From: Gracilinanus agilis
Taxonomy: Eukaryota
Assembly (NCBI RefSeq): GCF_016433145.1
Contig: NC_058132.1
Coordinates: 89,424,114-89,488,113, forward strand
Reading direction: 5' to 3'
Length of the DNA: 64,000 nt
Shown here: one piece after another, positions 1 through 13,078 of the stretch
How the letters are laid out: each line of letters opens with the position of its first letter
How positions within the stretch are numbered: the first letter of the stretch is position 1
Notes under the pieces: generated by a model
What the model was told of the DNA's origin: nothing
Seen by the model: the letters and a program-made list of their open reading frames with translations, nothing else
The model's database searches: none
Translations under genes and position numbers: made by a program

Positions 1-1625
1 TGAAAGTTAAAGAGAGGAAGATTTGCTTCCCAATCAATCACTGATCAAACATGGGACACAAGGAAAAAGCGAGGAAACATCATAAACACATTTCAGAGAT
101 GAATAAATGAGTAATGAATCAATGAATGGAAAAGCACTTATTTAAAGTTTTTTATGTACCGACTTCAATGGACACAAATTTTTAAAAAATAGAATATACA
201 TATGTCTTCATCTACAAAATGAAAAGTTTAAGATAGATTGATTCTAAGATACCTTTCATCTCTTAAACTCTGATCCTGTAAAACACCTCATTGCCATTCA
301 GAATAGCTGGAGCAATTCACAACTCCAACAGCAATGCATTAATTTCCCAATTTTGCCACATCCCTCCAACATTCATTACTCTCCCCTATTGCCATTTTAG
401 CCAATCAGCTGCATGTGAGGTGATATCTCAGAGTTGTTTTGATTTTCATTTCTATAATTATTAGAGATTTAGAACACTTTCTCATGTGCTTATTGATACT
501 TTTGATTTCTTTATCTGAATATTGCCTATTCATGTCCATTGCCCATTTATTGATTGGAGAATGGATTGATTTTTTGTACAATTGATTTAGCTCCTTGTAT
601 ATTTGAGAAATTAGACCTTTGTCAGAGTTTTTTGTTATAAAGATTTTTCCCAGTTTGTTGTTTCCCTTCTGATTTTAGTTGCATTGCTTTTGTTTGTACA
701 AAATCTTTTTAATTTAATGTAATCAAAACTATTTATTTCACATTTTGTAATTTTCTCTAATTCTTGCTTGGTTTTAAAATCTTTTCTTTCCCAGAGATCT
801 GACAAATATACTATTCTGTGTTCACCTAATTTTCTTATAGTTTCCTTCTTTATATTCAAGTCCTTCCCCCACTCTGAATTTATCTTGGTGTAGGGTGTGA
901 GATGTTGATCTAAATCCAATCTCTCCCATATTGTTTTCCAATTTTGCCAACACTTTTTGTTAAATAGTGGATTTTTGTCCCAAACGTTGGGCTCTTTCTG
1001 TTTATCATAGACTGTCTTACTGACATCACTTACCTCAAGTCTATTCCACTGATCCTCCCTTCTATCTTTAGCCAGTAAGATATTGTTTTTGATGACCACT
1101 GGTTTATAGTATAATTTAATATCTGGTACTGCTAGGCCACCTTCCTTTATGGTTTTTTTTAATTATTTCCCTTAATATTCTTGATCTTTTGTTCTTCTAT
1201 ATGAACTTTGTTATAGTTTTTTTTCTAATTCTGTAAAAAAAAAGTTTCTGGGTAATTTGATAGGCATGGCACTAAATAAGAAGATTAATTTGGGTAGAAT
1301 GGTCATTTTTATTATGTTAGCTCATCCTACCCCTGAACAATCAATGCTTTTCCAATTGTTTAGATCTAGTTTTAATTGTTTGGAAAGTGTTTTGTAGTCG
1401 TATTCATATAATTCCTGTGTTTGTTTTGATAGATAGATTCCTAAGTATTTTATATTGTCTAAGGTGATTTTAAAGGGTGTTTCTCTTTCTAACTCTTGCT
1501 GCTGAGATGTGTTGGAAATATGTACAAATGCTGATGATTTATGTGCATTTATTTTGTATCCTGCAACTTTGCTAAAGTTGTTAATTATTTCTACTAGCTT
1601 TTTAGGTGATTCCCTAGGATTTTTT

Positions 1626-1810
1626 TTTATTTTAAACCCTTAACTTCTGTGTATTGACTTATAGGTGGAAGATTGGTAAGGGAGGGCAATGGGGGTCAAG
1701 TGACTTGCCCAGGGTCACACAGCTGGGAAGTGTCTGAGGCAGGATTTGAACCTAGGACCTCCCGTCTCTAGGCCTGGCTCTCAATCCACTGAGCTACCCA
1801 GCTGCCCCTC
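1626..1810 (-). mobile_element. Young tRNA-derived SINE (opossum SINE1-type) inserted into L1 ORF2
   Basis: Reverse strand reads GGGGCAGCTGGGTAGCTCAGTGG...GGTTCAAATCC (A/B boxes)...AAGGGTTTAAAATAAAAAAAA. TSD CTAGGATTTTTT at 1614-1625 and 1812-1823. Confidence 0.92.
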
Positions 1811-2521
1811 TCTAGGATTTTTTAAGTAGACCATCATATATCATCTGCAAAGAGTGGTAGCTTAGTCTCCTCGTTGCCTATTTCAATATCTTCAATTTCT
1901 TTTTCTTCCCTAATTGCTACTGCTAGTGTTTCTAGTACAATGTTAAATAATAGGGGTGATAATGGGCATCCTTGTTTCACTTTCACTCCTGATCTTATTG
2001 GGAAAGCTTCTAATTTATTCCCATTGCATATGATGCTTGTTGATGGTTTTAGATATATACTGTTTATTATTTTTAGGAAAGGTCCTTCTATTTCTATACT
2101 TCCTAGTGTTTTCAATAGGAATGGGTGTTGTATTTTCTCAAAGGCTTTTTCCATATCTGTTGAGATAATCATGTGATTTTTGTTTGTTAGCTTGTTGATA
2201 TGGTCAATTACGTGGATGGTTTTCCTAATGTTGAACCATCCTTGCATTCCAGGTATAAATCCCACCTGATCATGATGGATAACCCTCTTGATCATTTGCT
2301 GGAGTTTCTTTGCTAATATTGTATTTAAGATTTTTGCATCTATATTCATTAGGGAGATTGGTCTGTAGTTTTCTTTCTCTGTTTTTGGTCTGCCTGGCTT
2401 TGGAATCAGTACCATATTTGTGTCATAAAAGGAATTTGGTAGGACTCCTTCTTTGCTTATTATGTCAAATAATTTGTGTAGTATTGGGATTAGTTGTCCT
2501 TTGAATGTTTGATAGAATACA

Positions 2522-2559
2522 CTTGTGAATCCATCAGGCCCTTGTGAATCCATCAGGCC
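2522..2559. repeat. 19-bp tandem duplication frameshifting L1 ORF2
   Basis: CTTGTGAATCCATCAGGCC at 2522-2540 and 2541-2559. Confidence 0.9.
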
Positions 2560-3835
2560 CTGGCAATTTTTTCTTAGGGAATACTTTGATGGCTTGTTCA
2601 GATTCTTTTTCTAATATGGGATTATTTAAGTATTCAATTTCTTCTGCTGTTAATCTAGGCAATTTATATTTTTGTAAATATTCATCCATATCACCTAGAT
2701 TGCTATATATATTGCCATATAATTGGGCAAAATAGTTTTTAATGATTGCCTTAATTTCCTCTTCATTGGAGGTGAGATCTCCCTTTTCATCTTTGATACT
2801 GTTAATTTGGTTTTCTTTTTTCCTTTTTTTATTAGTTTTACCAGTACATTGTCTATTTTATCTGTTTCTTTTCAAAATACCAGCTTCTAGTCTTATTTAT
2901 TAATTCAATAGTTCTTTTACTTTCAATTTTATTAAGTTCTCCTTTGATTTTTAGTGTTTCTAACTTGTTTTTCCTCTGGGGAATTTTAATTTGTTCATTT
3001 TCTAGTTTTTTAAGTTGCAAGGCCAATTCTTTAATCTCTGCCCTCCCTAATTTGCTAATATATGCACTCAGTGATATAAATTTTCCCCTTAGAACTGCTT
3101 TGGCTGTATCCCATAGGTTTTGGTAAAAAGTCTCATCATTGTCATTGTCTTCAATTAAATTACTAATTGTTTCTATGATTTGTTCTTTCACTAACTTATT
3201 TTGGAGAATCATATTATTTAATTTCCAATTAGTTTTTGGTTTGCCTCTCCATGCATTCTTAATAATAACTATTTTATTGCCTTATGATCTGAGAAGGTTA
3301 CATTTATTATTTCTGCTTTTTTTGCATTTGTTTGCCATGCTTCTATGCCCTACTACATGGTCTATCTTTGTGAATGTTCCATGTGTATTTTGATTCTCTC
3401 TCCTTGCCCTGCCCTTTCTTCTTCCACTATTTCCTTCTATACCAATGTTTTGTTTTTAATAAGTTCCCATAATCCCCTTTCACTTCTTATTCCCCTTTTA
3501 TTATTCTTTAGTGTCTTTTTAAGCAGCCCTCCCTGCCCTCTCTCTTCCTAGTGTTGCTTCCCTCCCCACCAGTCCTTTTGTTGCCTTTCTACTTCTCTAT
3601 AGGGCGTGAATCAATTCTCTGCCCCAATGGATCTGATTGTTCTTCCCTCCTTAAGTTGATTTCAATCACTCAAGTATTAAATATTTCCTCTCTCCAACCT
3701 CTTTACCCTTCCAGTGTATTGTTATTCTTCCCTGTTCACCCCACAGGCTTCTTTATGGAATATAAATTTACTCCATTTTGTTTGTTTTTCCCACTTTCTT
3801 AGTATTACTTTCTTTTTTCCCCTCTAGTTTTGTAT

Positions 3836-3901
3836 ATATTTATACATATATGCATATATATGTATATTATATATACATATAAGTATATATATAGAGAGAG
3901 A
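3836..3901. repeat. Degenerate (TA)n/(GA)n microsatellite within L1
   Basis: tatattatatacatatatgcatatatatgtatattatatatacatataagtatatatatagagagagaga. Confidence 0.75.
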
Positions 3902-6755
3902 GACATTTCATCCTATACAGTTTGTTACCGTTCCCCCTCTGTAAACTTCTTTGAGTTATCCTGTTTATAATAACAATTTTTAATATTTGCCAATATTTTC
4001 TTTTCTTCTAGGGATATGAATTGATTGAACCTCTTGAGTCTCTTAAAGAAAAGATTTTATTTTATTCCCCCCTCTCTTAATTACCTCATGGGGAGTGTCT
4101 TGAGTTTTGTATTTGGGCAGCAAACTCTCTGTTTAAGTCCAGTTTTTTCTTTATGAATGCTTCAAAGTCCTTGATTTTATTGAATGACCATACTTTCCCC
4201 TGCAAAAATATTGTCAATTTTGCTACAGCATTGATTCTTGGTTGTAGACCCAGTTCTTTTACTTTCCATAATATTATGTTCTATGCCTTCCTGTCCTTCA
4301 ATGTAGATGCAGCCAGATCCTGTGTTATCCTAACTAGTTCCCTGGTATCTGAATGACTTCTTTTTAGCAGATTGTAATATTTTTTCTTGGTCTGGTAGTT
4401 TTTTAATTTGGCTATAATATTCCTGGAAGTTGTCAGTTGTGAATTATATGTAGGAGGTGATCTGTGGATTCTTTCAATTTCCACTTTTCCCTCTTGTTTG
4501 AGAATGTCAGGGCAGTTTTCTCTGATAATTTATTGTAGTATGATGTCTAAACTTTTTTCTTTTGTCATGATATCAGGTAAACCAATAATTCTTAAATTGT
4601 CTCTTCTAGCTTTGTTCTCCAGATCTTTGGTTGAATCAAAGAGGTGTTTCATATTATCCTCAAATTTTTCATTTTTTTTCATTTTGTTTTACATATTCTT
4701 GCTGCCTTGTGAAGTCATCTGTTTCCAGGTGTTGAGTTCTGTTTTTTAAAGACTGAATTTCTTCCCTAGTTTTTGGGTCATGCCTCTCCTTCTGGTCTGA
4801 TTTTCTTTGTAGATCATCTTTTGCCTTCTTTGCCTCATTTTCAAGCTGGTCAATTCTGGCTTTTAAGACTTTCTTTTCTTGTTTTAGTTTATGTATTTCC
4901 TTTTTTGAATTGTCTTCAGCCTCTCTTGATTCCTTTTTTAGTTCCTGAAGTTCTTAAATTAACTGAATTTTGAGATCTTCCAAAGCCTGTGTCGAATTCA
5001 CTGGAACTTCTTCCTCTTCTTCTATTTCTATTTCATTTTCTCTCTTTTCACTTCCTTGAAAGAAGTTGTCAATTGTCATTTCTTTTTTCTTTTTCTGTTG
5101 TTTACTCATATTTTTTCCTTTTCTGTTCTGCTAGTTTGAGCTTATGAATTTAATGGTCTTTGATGAAAGATCTTCCCCCAACTGTTAATGGAGGTTTGTT
5201 GTTAGTTTCTCTGCCCTCTGAAGACTTCTTGTCTTTCTAATTGATGAGATTAAGCCTGTATTAATTAGATTAGTCTGTACTGCTTAATCTGTCCTGAGGT
5301 TAAAACCTCAAGAGGAAAAAAAAGTGGGGGGACAAGAAGGAGTGTTTTCGTTGAGCCGAGCTGCCCAGCAGTAGGGTCCTCCTGCTCTGACCTGCTGTTT
5401 GACCTTGTTTTCTTTCCTCTTGAAGGCCTTTGTTCGCTTATCTCAGTGGGACAAAGCCAAGTGGTCTAAGGTCTGAGGTTTGGCTCCCTCTAAGCCACCA
5501 TCTTCCAAAAATTTTTGCTATGTTTCTCTGGCTCTCCCCTCCAGGTACCTCCCCAGTGCCTCTATTCAATTCCCAGAGTCCATCACCAGCAGGGCCTTCT
5601 CTCTAGGCTGGTGCACCTGCCCTCCTAGAGATTTCAGGGGCTGCTGGAGACTCCACACAGCACATGGGGAAAACAATGTGTTGTTTTCTGATTGAATCCA
5701 ACTTCTCAAAGAGCTAATCTCTTTATTGCCACTAACCTATGATATGAGCTTGAATTATTTTTTTTTCTCTCTCTGGGTCTCAATTTGTTTTCTTTTCCTA
5801 AAAAGGGGTTGGACAAAGTAATCTAGGAAGTATATTCCAGAAATGGCAGTCTATGATTTTGTTGAGGGATAATATTCTCAGGCAATGAAAAAGACAGGAA
5901 CCAGGGTCGTTGTCTCTCTAATTTTATTTTTTCCAGATTACACATTGATATAATTTTTAATATTCATTTTCTGATATTTTGCAGTCCATATTCTTTCCCT
6001 CCTTCCTACCCTACTCCTTACAAGAAACAAGTAATATAAATTGTTTATATGTTATCATATGGTACATATCTCCATATTCATCATATAATGAAATGATACA
6101 TATTATTTACAGTAGAGGAAAATTAATGAAGGAATTAATGTGAAGAATGGTAAGGTTCAAATTGCATTGTCTATTCCCTTACCATTTCTATATCACAGTT
6201 ACTATAGTGGCTTTTCCATGTTAACAAGGGAGTCTTTAATAATAAAAAGTGTTAATTTTTTTCATATTATGTATATTCAAAATAGTATCAGGTGAGCTGA
6301 ATCCCTAGGTGAAAAAAAGGAAGAAGTCAGGGATATATCTATAGCATGACAAAGAATCTATCCCCAGAATGAAAAAGAATGAAGAGATAATCCTATGCTC
6401 AAAATTAATCTCTTGTCATACTTTTATTATTTTGAAGAAATCCTTTCATTTATCCCTATTCCTTATATGTATCCTCAATCTTTGCATGCTAAAGATAGCT
6501 TCTTCCCTATAGTATGGCCAGACTCACAGAAACTGTCCTTCAATATTTAGGACTAAGTTCTTTGGTATCTGTCAACCAGTTCATTTAAACTTTCATGGTC
6601 CCCAAAGGAATAACCTTTGCATATAAAAATATCATCTTGAGCACAGAACATTGAAAGTTAAATTAATAAATGGTCCTCTATAGCAAAAATATACAGCATT
6701 GAATAAATGGTAACTATACTATAGTGTAAGAGAGGAGCATAAAGTGGCTACAATT

Positions 6756-7018
6756 TGTATAGTTGGAAAATCTTGAACCCCTAAAAACTGCATTACCCAA
6801 ACTTCCTTTCCGTATTACCAAAAATGCTTGTCTTTATCCACATTTGAGTGGTCACGTTTGTATAAGTTCTGAAGCTCCACCTCCCTTTCTCTCTCTCCTC
6901 CACAATTGAGCATGGGTGAAGTTAGCTTAGCACCTTTTCCCTCCATTTTTTATGTTAATTATTAATAAAACTCTATAAAAATATAATAGTTCTTTAAATA
7001 TTAATTTTCATCTCTACA
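6756..7018 (+). repeat. 5' LTR (263 bp)
   Basis: Starts TGTATAGTTGGAAAATCTTGAA, ends TCTCTACA, contains AATAAA; aligns end to end with 10223-10489. Confidence 0.92.
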
Positions 7019-7022
7019 TTTT

Positions 7023-7039
7023 TGGCAACCTGAAGGGAC
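7023..7039 (+). promoter_or_regulatory. Retroviral primer-binding site, probably tRNA-Arg type
   Basis: TGGCAACCTGAAGGGAC, 4 nt after the LTR. Resembles the Arg PBS TGGCGACCACGAAGGGAC (recalled, not looked up) with two CpG-type transitions and a 1-nt deletion. Confidence 0.7.
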
Positions 7040-10000
7040 AGAATTCTAAAAAAAAACTTTTTAAGATTAAAAAAAAGAATAGATAGCATAAATAAGTTTT
7101 GCAAGTGGCCTGCTTTACCACTGGCTGACTCCTGTCCCATGCCCACTGCCTGTCTCTAGGTGCCACTGCCACTTCTCACATCCATCCACTTAAGCCAGCA
7201 TTCCTCACTGCTCCTCGCCCACCTGCAGCCTCCACTTGCCATGACTAAACCTTCCAAGAGAACCTTCCATTCCAAGATGCTTTTTTTTTACAAGAGGGTG
7301 ACATATAAAAATTTTCCACCCAATCCCTTCCCCTACCCCATCTGGGTTTTCCAGCTAGCCATTTTTTAAGCCAAAGTCTTAAGCTGACCCTAGGATCCTG
7401 GCTGAGAGAGAGTTGTACCTTAGGATTTATTCATAGAAAGAAGACTCCACTGCTGTATTTTTTGAGGGCAAAGAAAAGCCTAAAATCAATAGATTTGAAT
7501 TCAAAGTTTTGGGAATAAGCCTGCTTTTTTCCCCCTTCTCTCTTCTGACTCAGAAAGCCCAAGGGTAGCCAGTTCTCTCCTGCAAATACCCTATTGTTCG
7601 CCCTCTAGAAATTGTTGTTCTTTGTGTTTACTCTGTAAACAAACCTCCATTTTTAGTCTTTTTGAGAATAAAATGCTACTGCAAAGCATGGCCTGCTCTA
7701 TCTCAAAAAGCTCTCATTCTGGGAGAACATTATAGATCTTTTGCTTCTGATCCTGGGGGGTTTTGTGCTGATTGAATACCTTGCATTTGAGTGCTAGATT
7801 AATCTTAAGATTCAGGGGAGAAATTCATCTCCTCACACCCTTTAGAAATTTTGGCCTGCCCAGCCTCTACACCTCATACCACATGGGGGCCAACCACACT
7901 ATGCTCAGTGCAGAATTCTCCCTCACGATGATGAAATTCAGAGCTCTGAAAATCAAAATCTGAATGGTCAATTTTATGGGGGAGGGGAAAGAACCTTAAA
8001 AAAGATCTGGAAGTTTATTGCTTGCTAATCATTTTTTTAGATTCTCCCCTCCTTAATAGTAAACAAGTCTATTGGAATTGGTAAAAAGGTTTTTGACTGC
8101 CCTGCCTGTACCTTGTTATTTGCTTAAATTATTGTATTTGCTGGTTTATTTAAGGTTTAAAGGCTTATCTGTATTAATCTAATTAACATCTATTCTGTTA
8201 TATGATTCTTCATCTGTACTGTTTCCCTGTGATTTTATTGAACATGTCATTGTAAAAAGCCCATAAGTCTTATGCATCTTGGATTTTTCATCTCAACTAT
8301 CAAGGTCACATTTCCTTATACAATCTTTTCTTCCTTTTTGCCTTTGTTAATTGTCACATATATGATTATGAATGAACTCTATCAAAACTGGTTACAACCT
8401 ATATAAAACTTTGGAGAATATGATGACTTAAGAATTTAAATTATAATTTTAAGGAGTCTTGAGAAATGACTTCAGATATCTAGTAGTTTCTGAATGGATG
8501 AAATATATATATATATATATATACACACACATATTATGAAGAATGTTGTATTAAAAGGTAGAGAAACAAATAGAAGTTCCTACAAAAACTATTTATATAT
8601 AAAACAGGAAGCCAAAAAGAGCTCCTTTGTGCACAATATTTTAACTTTTCAGTTTAATTTACTTCCACCAGAGCAATCTAGATTTCTCATCAAGCTTGAA
8701 AGATTTCCTGTATTTACAGATCTGTGACAAGTATACATCAGTTCATAGGTTTTTTAAATATCACACAGCAAGTTGCTATATATAAATTCCTGTGAATCCT
8801 GTATAATGATGAGTTTGTTTGCCATTGTCAATAACTGGGCTATTGTGAATTTGCGGAATTTTGGTACTTTATTTGATAATCTGCATTATCTACTCTACTG
8901 TTTTGTTTTTATAAATCTCCTATTTTGTAAAAAATATTTGCACTCACACAGTGGATCATGGCCAAATTTAAAAAGGAAATGGATCTAAATTTTTGATGAG
9001 GAACCTTTGGATTCTACCTCTCCTTGGCTGACACAGTGTGTGTTACTTATTCTAAGCTATATATCTTTTATTTTTAAAACATTTTTATTTTTTTTCTTGT
9101 ATTTGCAATATTGTTTTTGAGTAATTTGAAGTTCATATAATCATATTTTTTTTAATTTGCAGTAATATAAGTTTAAAGTACATTTGTTCTAATATCAATG
9201 TATACCCAGAATGCTTTAAACTATAGAAAGAATTCAATTAATTGTTTAAATATTATGGGACTTTATTTAATGATTCTGTCTGATTCAAGAAGAAGGAATT
9301 TAAAAAGAGCCATTGCACATTGCCAAAGAAGCACAAAGCTCACCTGCATAGTGCCTAGAGAGCACAAAAGTCAAAGAGACCAACCAATCCACTTGGATTC
9401 CTGTAATTTTCAGCCAAGACAAGAGGATTTTTACTTGTTTGGGGTTTAAGTTTGCAGCTGTTTTGACTATGTCAGAGGCTGGACTTCCCTCAATCAAGCA
9501 TCTCACTTTGGCTGCCATCCTGGCTCCTATAATCTAGTCCCTTTTCTGTCTTTCATAGTGTGGCAAACTTTCTGTAGTCCTGACTACTGATTGGTTAAGT
9601 GCACAATTGCTTAAATCATGTAAGTTAGGTCCTGATTCAAGGACTTGTTATAGGTTTATTTTTCCTTTACTTATATATATTTTAGACATGACTTTTATAT
9701 TTCATCCACAAGTTATTTTTCTCTTTTATGTAGATTTTTGATGTTTTTAATTTCTTTTGCAAATTTATTAATATACCTTACAACTCAGCCATGTATCCCT
9801 GAGTGATTCCTGTTTATTATTATCCACCTCAGGGAGGATTATGTTATTGCTGTGAACCTTGATTTGCATTTGAGCCTAATTTAGAACAGAAGACTACCTC
9901 CCAGAATCCAGAAAGCGAACCTGTTTGGAGAAGGCACCATGAAGATGCCTGCAGAGATCACACGCTGCATCCTAAGATCCAGAGTGAACTTTGAGATATG

Positions 10001-10222
10001 GTGAGTTTTAACTTTGGGGGGTTGAATGCATTTATTTTGAATATATACTCTTATACCAAAGGGGACTTCTCCCTAATTGGCTTTTCATCAGTGTACCTAC
10101 TATTGGTTTTATTCTTCCTTTCTTTTACTTCCCTTTTATCCCCGAATTATTGTGAGTTTTAATTTGATTATTTTTCCATGATCCACTGGGAGACTGGTTT
10201 CCCAAAGTATCACAGGGGGGAA

Positions 10223-10489
10223 TGTATAGTTGGAAAATCTTGAATCCCTAAAAACTGCATTACCCAAACTTCCTTTCTGTATTACCAAAAATGTTTTTGT
10301 CTGTCCATGTTTGCGTGGTTACATTTGTATAAGTTCTAAAGCTCTACCTCCCTTTCTCTTTCTCCTCCATGAGTGCAGCTAAAGTTAGCTTAGCATCTTT
10401 TCCCTCCAGTTTTTTATGTTAGCTTATTATTAATAAAACTTTATAAAATATAATATTTAGTTCTTTTAATATTAATTTTAATCTTTACA
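10223..10489 (+). repeat. 3' LTR (267 bp)
   Basis: Starts TGTATAGTTGGAAAATCTTGAA, ends TCTTTACA; roughly 85% identical to the 5' LTR by eye. Confidence 0.92.
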
Positions 10490-11064
10490 AATTGCATGAT
10501 GATTAAAGACTAAAAGAGAATAAAAGACACAGATATCAGTGGCAACGAAGTGAATAAAAGTGAAAGAGTAAAAGTCAGAATTCTTGGGTTCAGAGAAAGA
10601 TAACATGAATTCCTGTTTACTTTCTCCTTGTAACCTCCGCTCATATTTATAGCAGCATTTTTGTGGTAGTAAAGAGCTACAGACAACTACTATTTTCATT
10701 TATTGGATAATTAAATATTTTATGGCACATGAAAATACTGGAATAATACCAATCTATATGAAGTGATGTATATACAGAATAGAGAGATATATAAAAAGAC
10801 TTTCTTTAGCCCAGTCACCTTAGGGGATAGAAAGAGAACAAAATATTCCTTTGTATCAAAAAATTCCTTTCCTCTTCCAACTAAAGCTTTTCCCTCTTTA
10901 GTTAATCTAAAAGACTGATCCCACAGGATGATCAAGGAAAGAATGTTGGAGGGGGTGAAGGAAAAAAGAAGAGAAGGGAATGAAGGAGGGAAGGGAGAAA
11001 GTGAGGGTAAGAGGGAGAAATAAAAAGAGGGACAGAGAAAAAGAGAGAAGAAAGGAAGGAAGAA

Positions 11065-11257
11065 NNNNNNNNNNNNNNNNNNNNNNNNNNNNNNNNNNNN
11101 NNNNNNNNNNNNNNNNNNNNNNNNNNNNNNNNNNNNNNNNNNNNNNNNNNNNNNNNNNNNNNNNNNNNNNNNNNNNNNNNNNNNNNNNNNNNNNNNNNNN
11201 NNNNNNNNNNNNNNNNNNNNNNNNNNNNNNNNNNNNNNNNNNNNNNNNNNNNNNNNN
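11065..11257. other. Assembly gap (193 N) after a GA-rich low-complexity tract
   Basis: Run of N; purine repeat at about 10935-11064. Confidence 0.99.
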
Positions 11258-11499
11258 ACTATATGTCAGGAACTATGCTAAGTATTTAACTCTTTTGTGT
11301 TATTTTCCCTATATTTCTTTTGCATATATTTATGTAAGTATGCACTGTTTTCCCCATTAAAGGCCTTGTCCTTGCCAGTAAAGATGGCTTCATTCATTGT
11401 TTTTGCATCCCAGTACCTAGAAAATAATAGATTCTTAATAAATATTTGTTAATTTACTGTTTTTTAAAAAACATATTTCTATAGCCTGTTAAGCTTTTT

Positions 11500-11680
11500 T
11501 AAAAAGCATCATCCTCACAATAGCCCAGGGAGCGAGGTGGTATAAGTGTCAGATTATTTTACAGATAAGGAAACTGAAGAGTTAGACTAAAAGATGAGGA
11601 CAGAGAATATTGGGAATGGGAACTTGAGCCTAGGTCTTTTGAGTCTACATCTAAAGTTCTCACCATATAGCTATCTCAAA
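11500..11680 (-). mobile_element. Old CORE-SINE (MIR/MAR1-like) relic
   Basis: CORE-like TTTTACAGATAAGGAAACTGA and GAACTTGAGCCTAGGTCTTTTGA. Confidence 0.55.
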
Positions 11681-12141
11681 GAATTAGAAAGAGATAGACC
11701 AAAATATGTACTTCAATTATATAACTAATTGCTTAATTTGTAAATAATATATCTTAATATCTGAATTATGATACCCCCTAGTAATTTTTTTCATCTTCTG
11801 TCACTCAGATCATTCTATGTGTATTGCTGTTAAAGAATTACTCTTAGGAAAGAATATGAAAAATGGACCAGGGAGAAGATATATCCCCAAATTTGAAGCC
11901 AAGAAAGAGAGCCCCAAAACTCAGGTACCAAACACAAAAACAAAGAAAAAATGCTATAGTTGTCATACTCTTACAGAGAGGCAAATGTCCATGACCTGAA
12001 AGAAGCCAAAGAGGAGAGAATCCTCAAGGTCCTGGGAGCATGAGCTAAGAAAAATATATTCTAATTGAGTATCTTCATTCATGATTAAACAAAATCTCTT
12101 AAATCACATGGAGATCTGTTAAGGATATGCTACTCCCAGGC

Positions 12142-13077
12142 TCACTTTTTAAAAAACATTTTTAACACTCGTTCCCGGATTTGCTTCGTCCTGACACCAT
12201 AGATAACTGGGTTGAGCATTGGTGGGACCACAACATATAGATTGGCCAGTAGGATATGGATGTAGCGGGGGACATTCCGGCCAAAGCGATGAGTCATGAA
12301 AGAGAAGAGGGCTGGGGTATAGAAGGCCAGGATGACACAAACATGGGAACCACAAGTGCTCAGAGCCTTTAAACGAGCATCCCGGGAGGGGAGACGAAAG
12401 ACAGCTTGGAGGATCTGGCCATAAGAGATAGCAATGGCTATGATGTCAAACACCAAGATTGAAATGGCACCTAAACCATAAATGATGTTGATCCTGATGC
12501 TTGCACATGCCAGACGAGCCAGGCCCATGTGCTCACAGTAGGTGTGGGGAATGATATGGTTACCACAGAAAGGTAGGCGCAAGATCAGGAACACAAAGGG
12601 AATCACTGAAAGGAAAGATCTCACCAGAACTCCAACAGCAATTGCTGCTACCACCCTGTTAGTGAGAATGATGCTATAGCGCAGTGGGTTGCAGATAGCC
12701 ACATGACGATCATAAGCCATGGCAAGGAGTACAGCTGATTCCATGCCGGTAAAGTTATGAATGAAGAGCATCTGTGTCAAGCAGGCTCCAAAAATGATCT
12801 CTCTCAAGTTGAACCAGAAGATGCCCAACATTTTAGGGATAGTAGCTGTTGAAAGCCCAAGATCAATGGTGGCCAGCATGGCCAAAAAATAGAACATGGG
12901 TTGGTGGAGACTCCGCTCAGTTTGGATCACAAAGAGTATGGTAATATTGCCCACCAATGCAATCAGATACACTATGAAGAAAGGGAAGCCAATCCAGTTG
13001 TGAATAGTTTCTAAACCTGGGACGCCGAGAAGCAGGAAGTAGGGAGGGTGGAACTGTGTATCATTGGATGTGGGCAT
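12142..13077 (-). CDS. Class I olfactory receptor, OR52E-like, intact 311 aa (OR-A)
   Basis: N-glycan sequon NDT; GN in TM1; [57 protein letters not shown]. Single exon, ATG to TGA. Confidence 0.96.
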   Translation of the reverse strand: MPTSNDTQFHPPYFLLLGVPGLETIHNWIGFPFFIVYLIALVGNITILFVIQTERSLHQPMFYFLAMLATIDLGLSTATIPKMLGIFWFNLREIIFGACLTQMLFIHNFTGMESAVLLAMAYDRHVAICNPLRYSIILTNRVVAAIAVGVLVRSFLSVIPFVFLILRLPFCGNHIIPHTYCEHMGLARLACASIRINIIYGLGAISILVFDIIAIAISYGQILQAVFRLPSRDARLKALSTCGSHVCVILAFYTPALFSFMTHRFGRNVPRYIHILLANLYVVVPPMLNPVIYGVRTKQIRERVLKMFFKK

Positions 13078-13078
13078 C

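Larger units (their letters stand above)
284..5700 (-). mobile_element. Degraded near-full-length LINE-1 (5'UTR, ORF1, ORF2); 3'-truncated, most of the endonuclease region apparently deleted near 3380
   Basis: ORF fragments match L1: 1834-2553 RT ([51 protein letters not shown]), 2853-3212 post-EN region, 635-1099 ORF2 C-terminal part (DRREDQWNR), 4281-4484 ORF1p-like (IERIHRSP..RNIIAK). Multiple stops and frameshifts. Ends are approximate. Confidence 0.9.
6756..10489 (+). mobile_element. Complete non-autonomous LTR element / ERV1-like provirus, 3734 bp
   Basis: Two homologous TG...CA LTRs, PBS after the first, polypurine tract AGGGGGGAA (10214-10222) before the second, 4-bp TSD AATT (6752-6755, 10490-10493). 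No long internal ORF. Confidence 0.9.

Noticed and set aside
10980-11360. ORFs spanning N runs (also 23772-24046)
   Set aside because: Open only because of the gaps.
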